This document shows positions 63,236 to 64,000 of a stretch of 64,000 bases of DNA, piece after piece. A program made the position numbers and the translations under genes. The stretch is from Narcine bancroftii (Eukaryota). The stretch is taken from the NCBI RefSeq assembly GCF_036971445.1, contig NC_091471.1:275652001-275716000 (forward strand), given 5' to 3'. The notes beneath the pieces were generated by a model. The model made no database searches, had not been told where the DNA came from, and was given only the letters and a program-made list of their open reading frames with translations. The number at the start of each line of letters is the position of its first letter. Position 1 is the stretch's first letter.

Positions 63236-64000
63236 AAAAAAAACCAGACAACCGTTGTAGAGAGAGCAAAACAGCCTCCAGTTCAATTCACCGCCAATTA
63301 AACAAAACATTTATCAGGTTTTTAATCTGTACTGTTATCCCAGATTACCTCTCCACAGGCACGTCCTGACCATCTAAACATTTCCATCAATTTCTACCAT
63401 TGCATAATTACAAATCTTGAAAATGAATAACAGAAATTTGGGCCTACATGCTGACTCCAGGCTGTTCATTGAAGATGCCCTTGTTAGTAAGACTGAATAT
63501 ATGATCACCTCTAGCAAAGATAATTGGCTAACCAAAATTAAAATGAAGGAAAACAAGTAGTTAGATCTAGAATTTATTGTTCAAGTGTTGTAATGGATGC
63601 AGGTTCGATTACACTATGCAATAAGATGGGCAAGTCAGAAAGAATTTACAGGGATAATTTAATGGTACGAGCAAAATTGACTATATGTGCCTGTTTTCAT
63701 CTATGAAATAAATATGAAGCAATTTTTTTAACTGTTCTTTGATATTTGATATTGATATGGGCCAGTGAAGTTAGAACTCTGGTTTACACCTCCTCACCAG
63801 CACAGGCCACAAATCTGTTTGAAGTTGGTGTTTTTAAAGTATCATATATGCTGGTGTATAAGATGATGCGCATAAGATGACTCCTGAATTTCCACCTAAA
63901 TGTAGGTTTTGAGTTATACTCAAAAGACTGCCCCAAGTCCTATTGCCCCAATAGTCCTCTATTAATCATCCCCCTGACTAGTGGAGTGATGCTGTCACAA

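Noticed and set aside
47700-64000. Coding exons of an upstream neighbour gene such as CBARP
   Set aside because: No recognisable peptide was found; the expectation rests only on human synteny.

Overview
Vertebrate nuclear DNA, most likely from a cartilaginous fish (ray or shark), judging by the repeat families (CR1, Rex1/Babar, Penelope-type, RTE and L1 retroelements, tRNA-derived SINEs). One host gene is clearly readable: ATP5F1D (mitochondrial ATP synthase F1 delta subunit) on the minus strand. It has four coding exons (47459-47316, 44378-44225, 42168-42080, 41248-41126; 169 aa), a CpG-rich promoter with ZNF143-, NRF1- and Sp1-like motifs, and a probable fifth non-coding exon behind a ~5.9 kb 3'UTR intron. 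Most of the rest is transposable-element derived. The most striking structure is a decayed Gypsy LTR retrotransposon (~19104-31818, minus strand) inflated to 12.7 kb by nested insertions. These are a Tigger-like MITE that contains an RTE LINE, a CR1 LINE that contains a full-length, nearly intact L1 with a perfect 18-bp target-site duplication, and a 33x24-bp hairpin minisatellite inside gag. Smaller oddities are a 55-bp locally templated insertion in a Tc1 transposase, hammerhead-ribozyme-like motifs with a non-canonical core, a 21x18-bp VNTR next to the ATP5F1D promoter, and a Chapaev3-like transposase remnant. I found no convincing evidence of a new multi-gene biological system. Most short ORFs in the track are spurious or TE fragments. 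Family names come from motif recognition, not database searches, and boundaries of old repeats are approximate.
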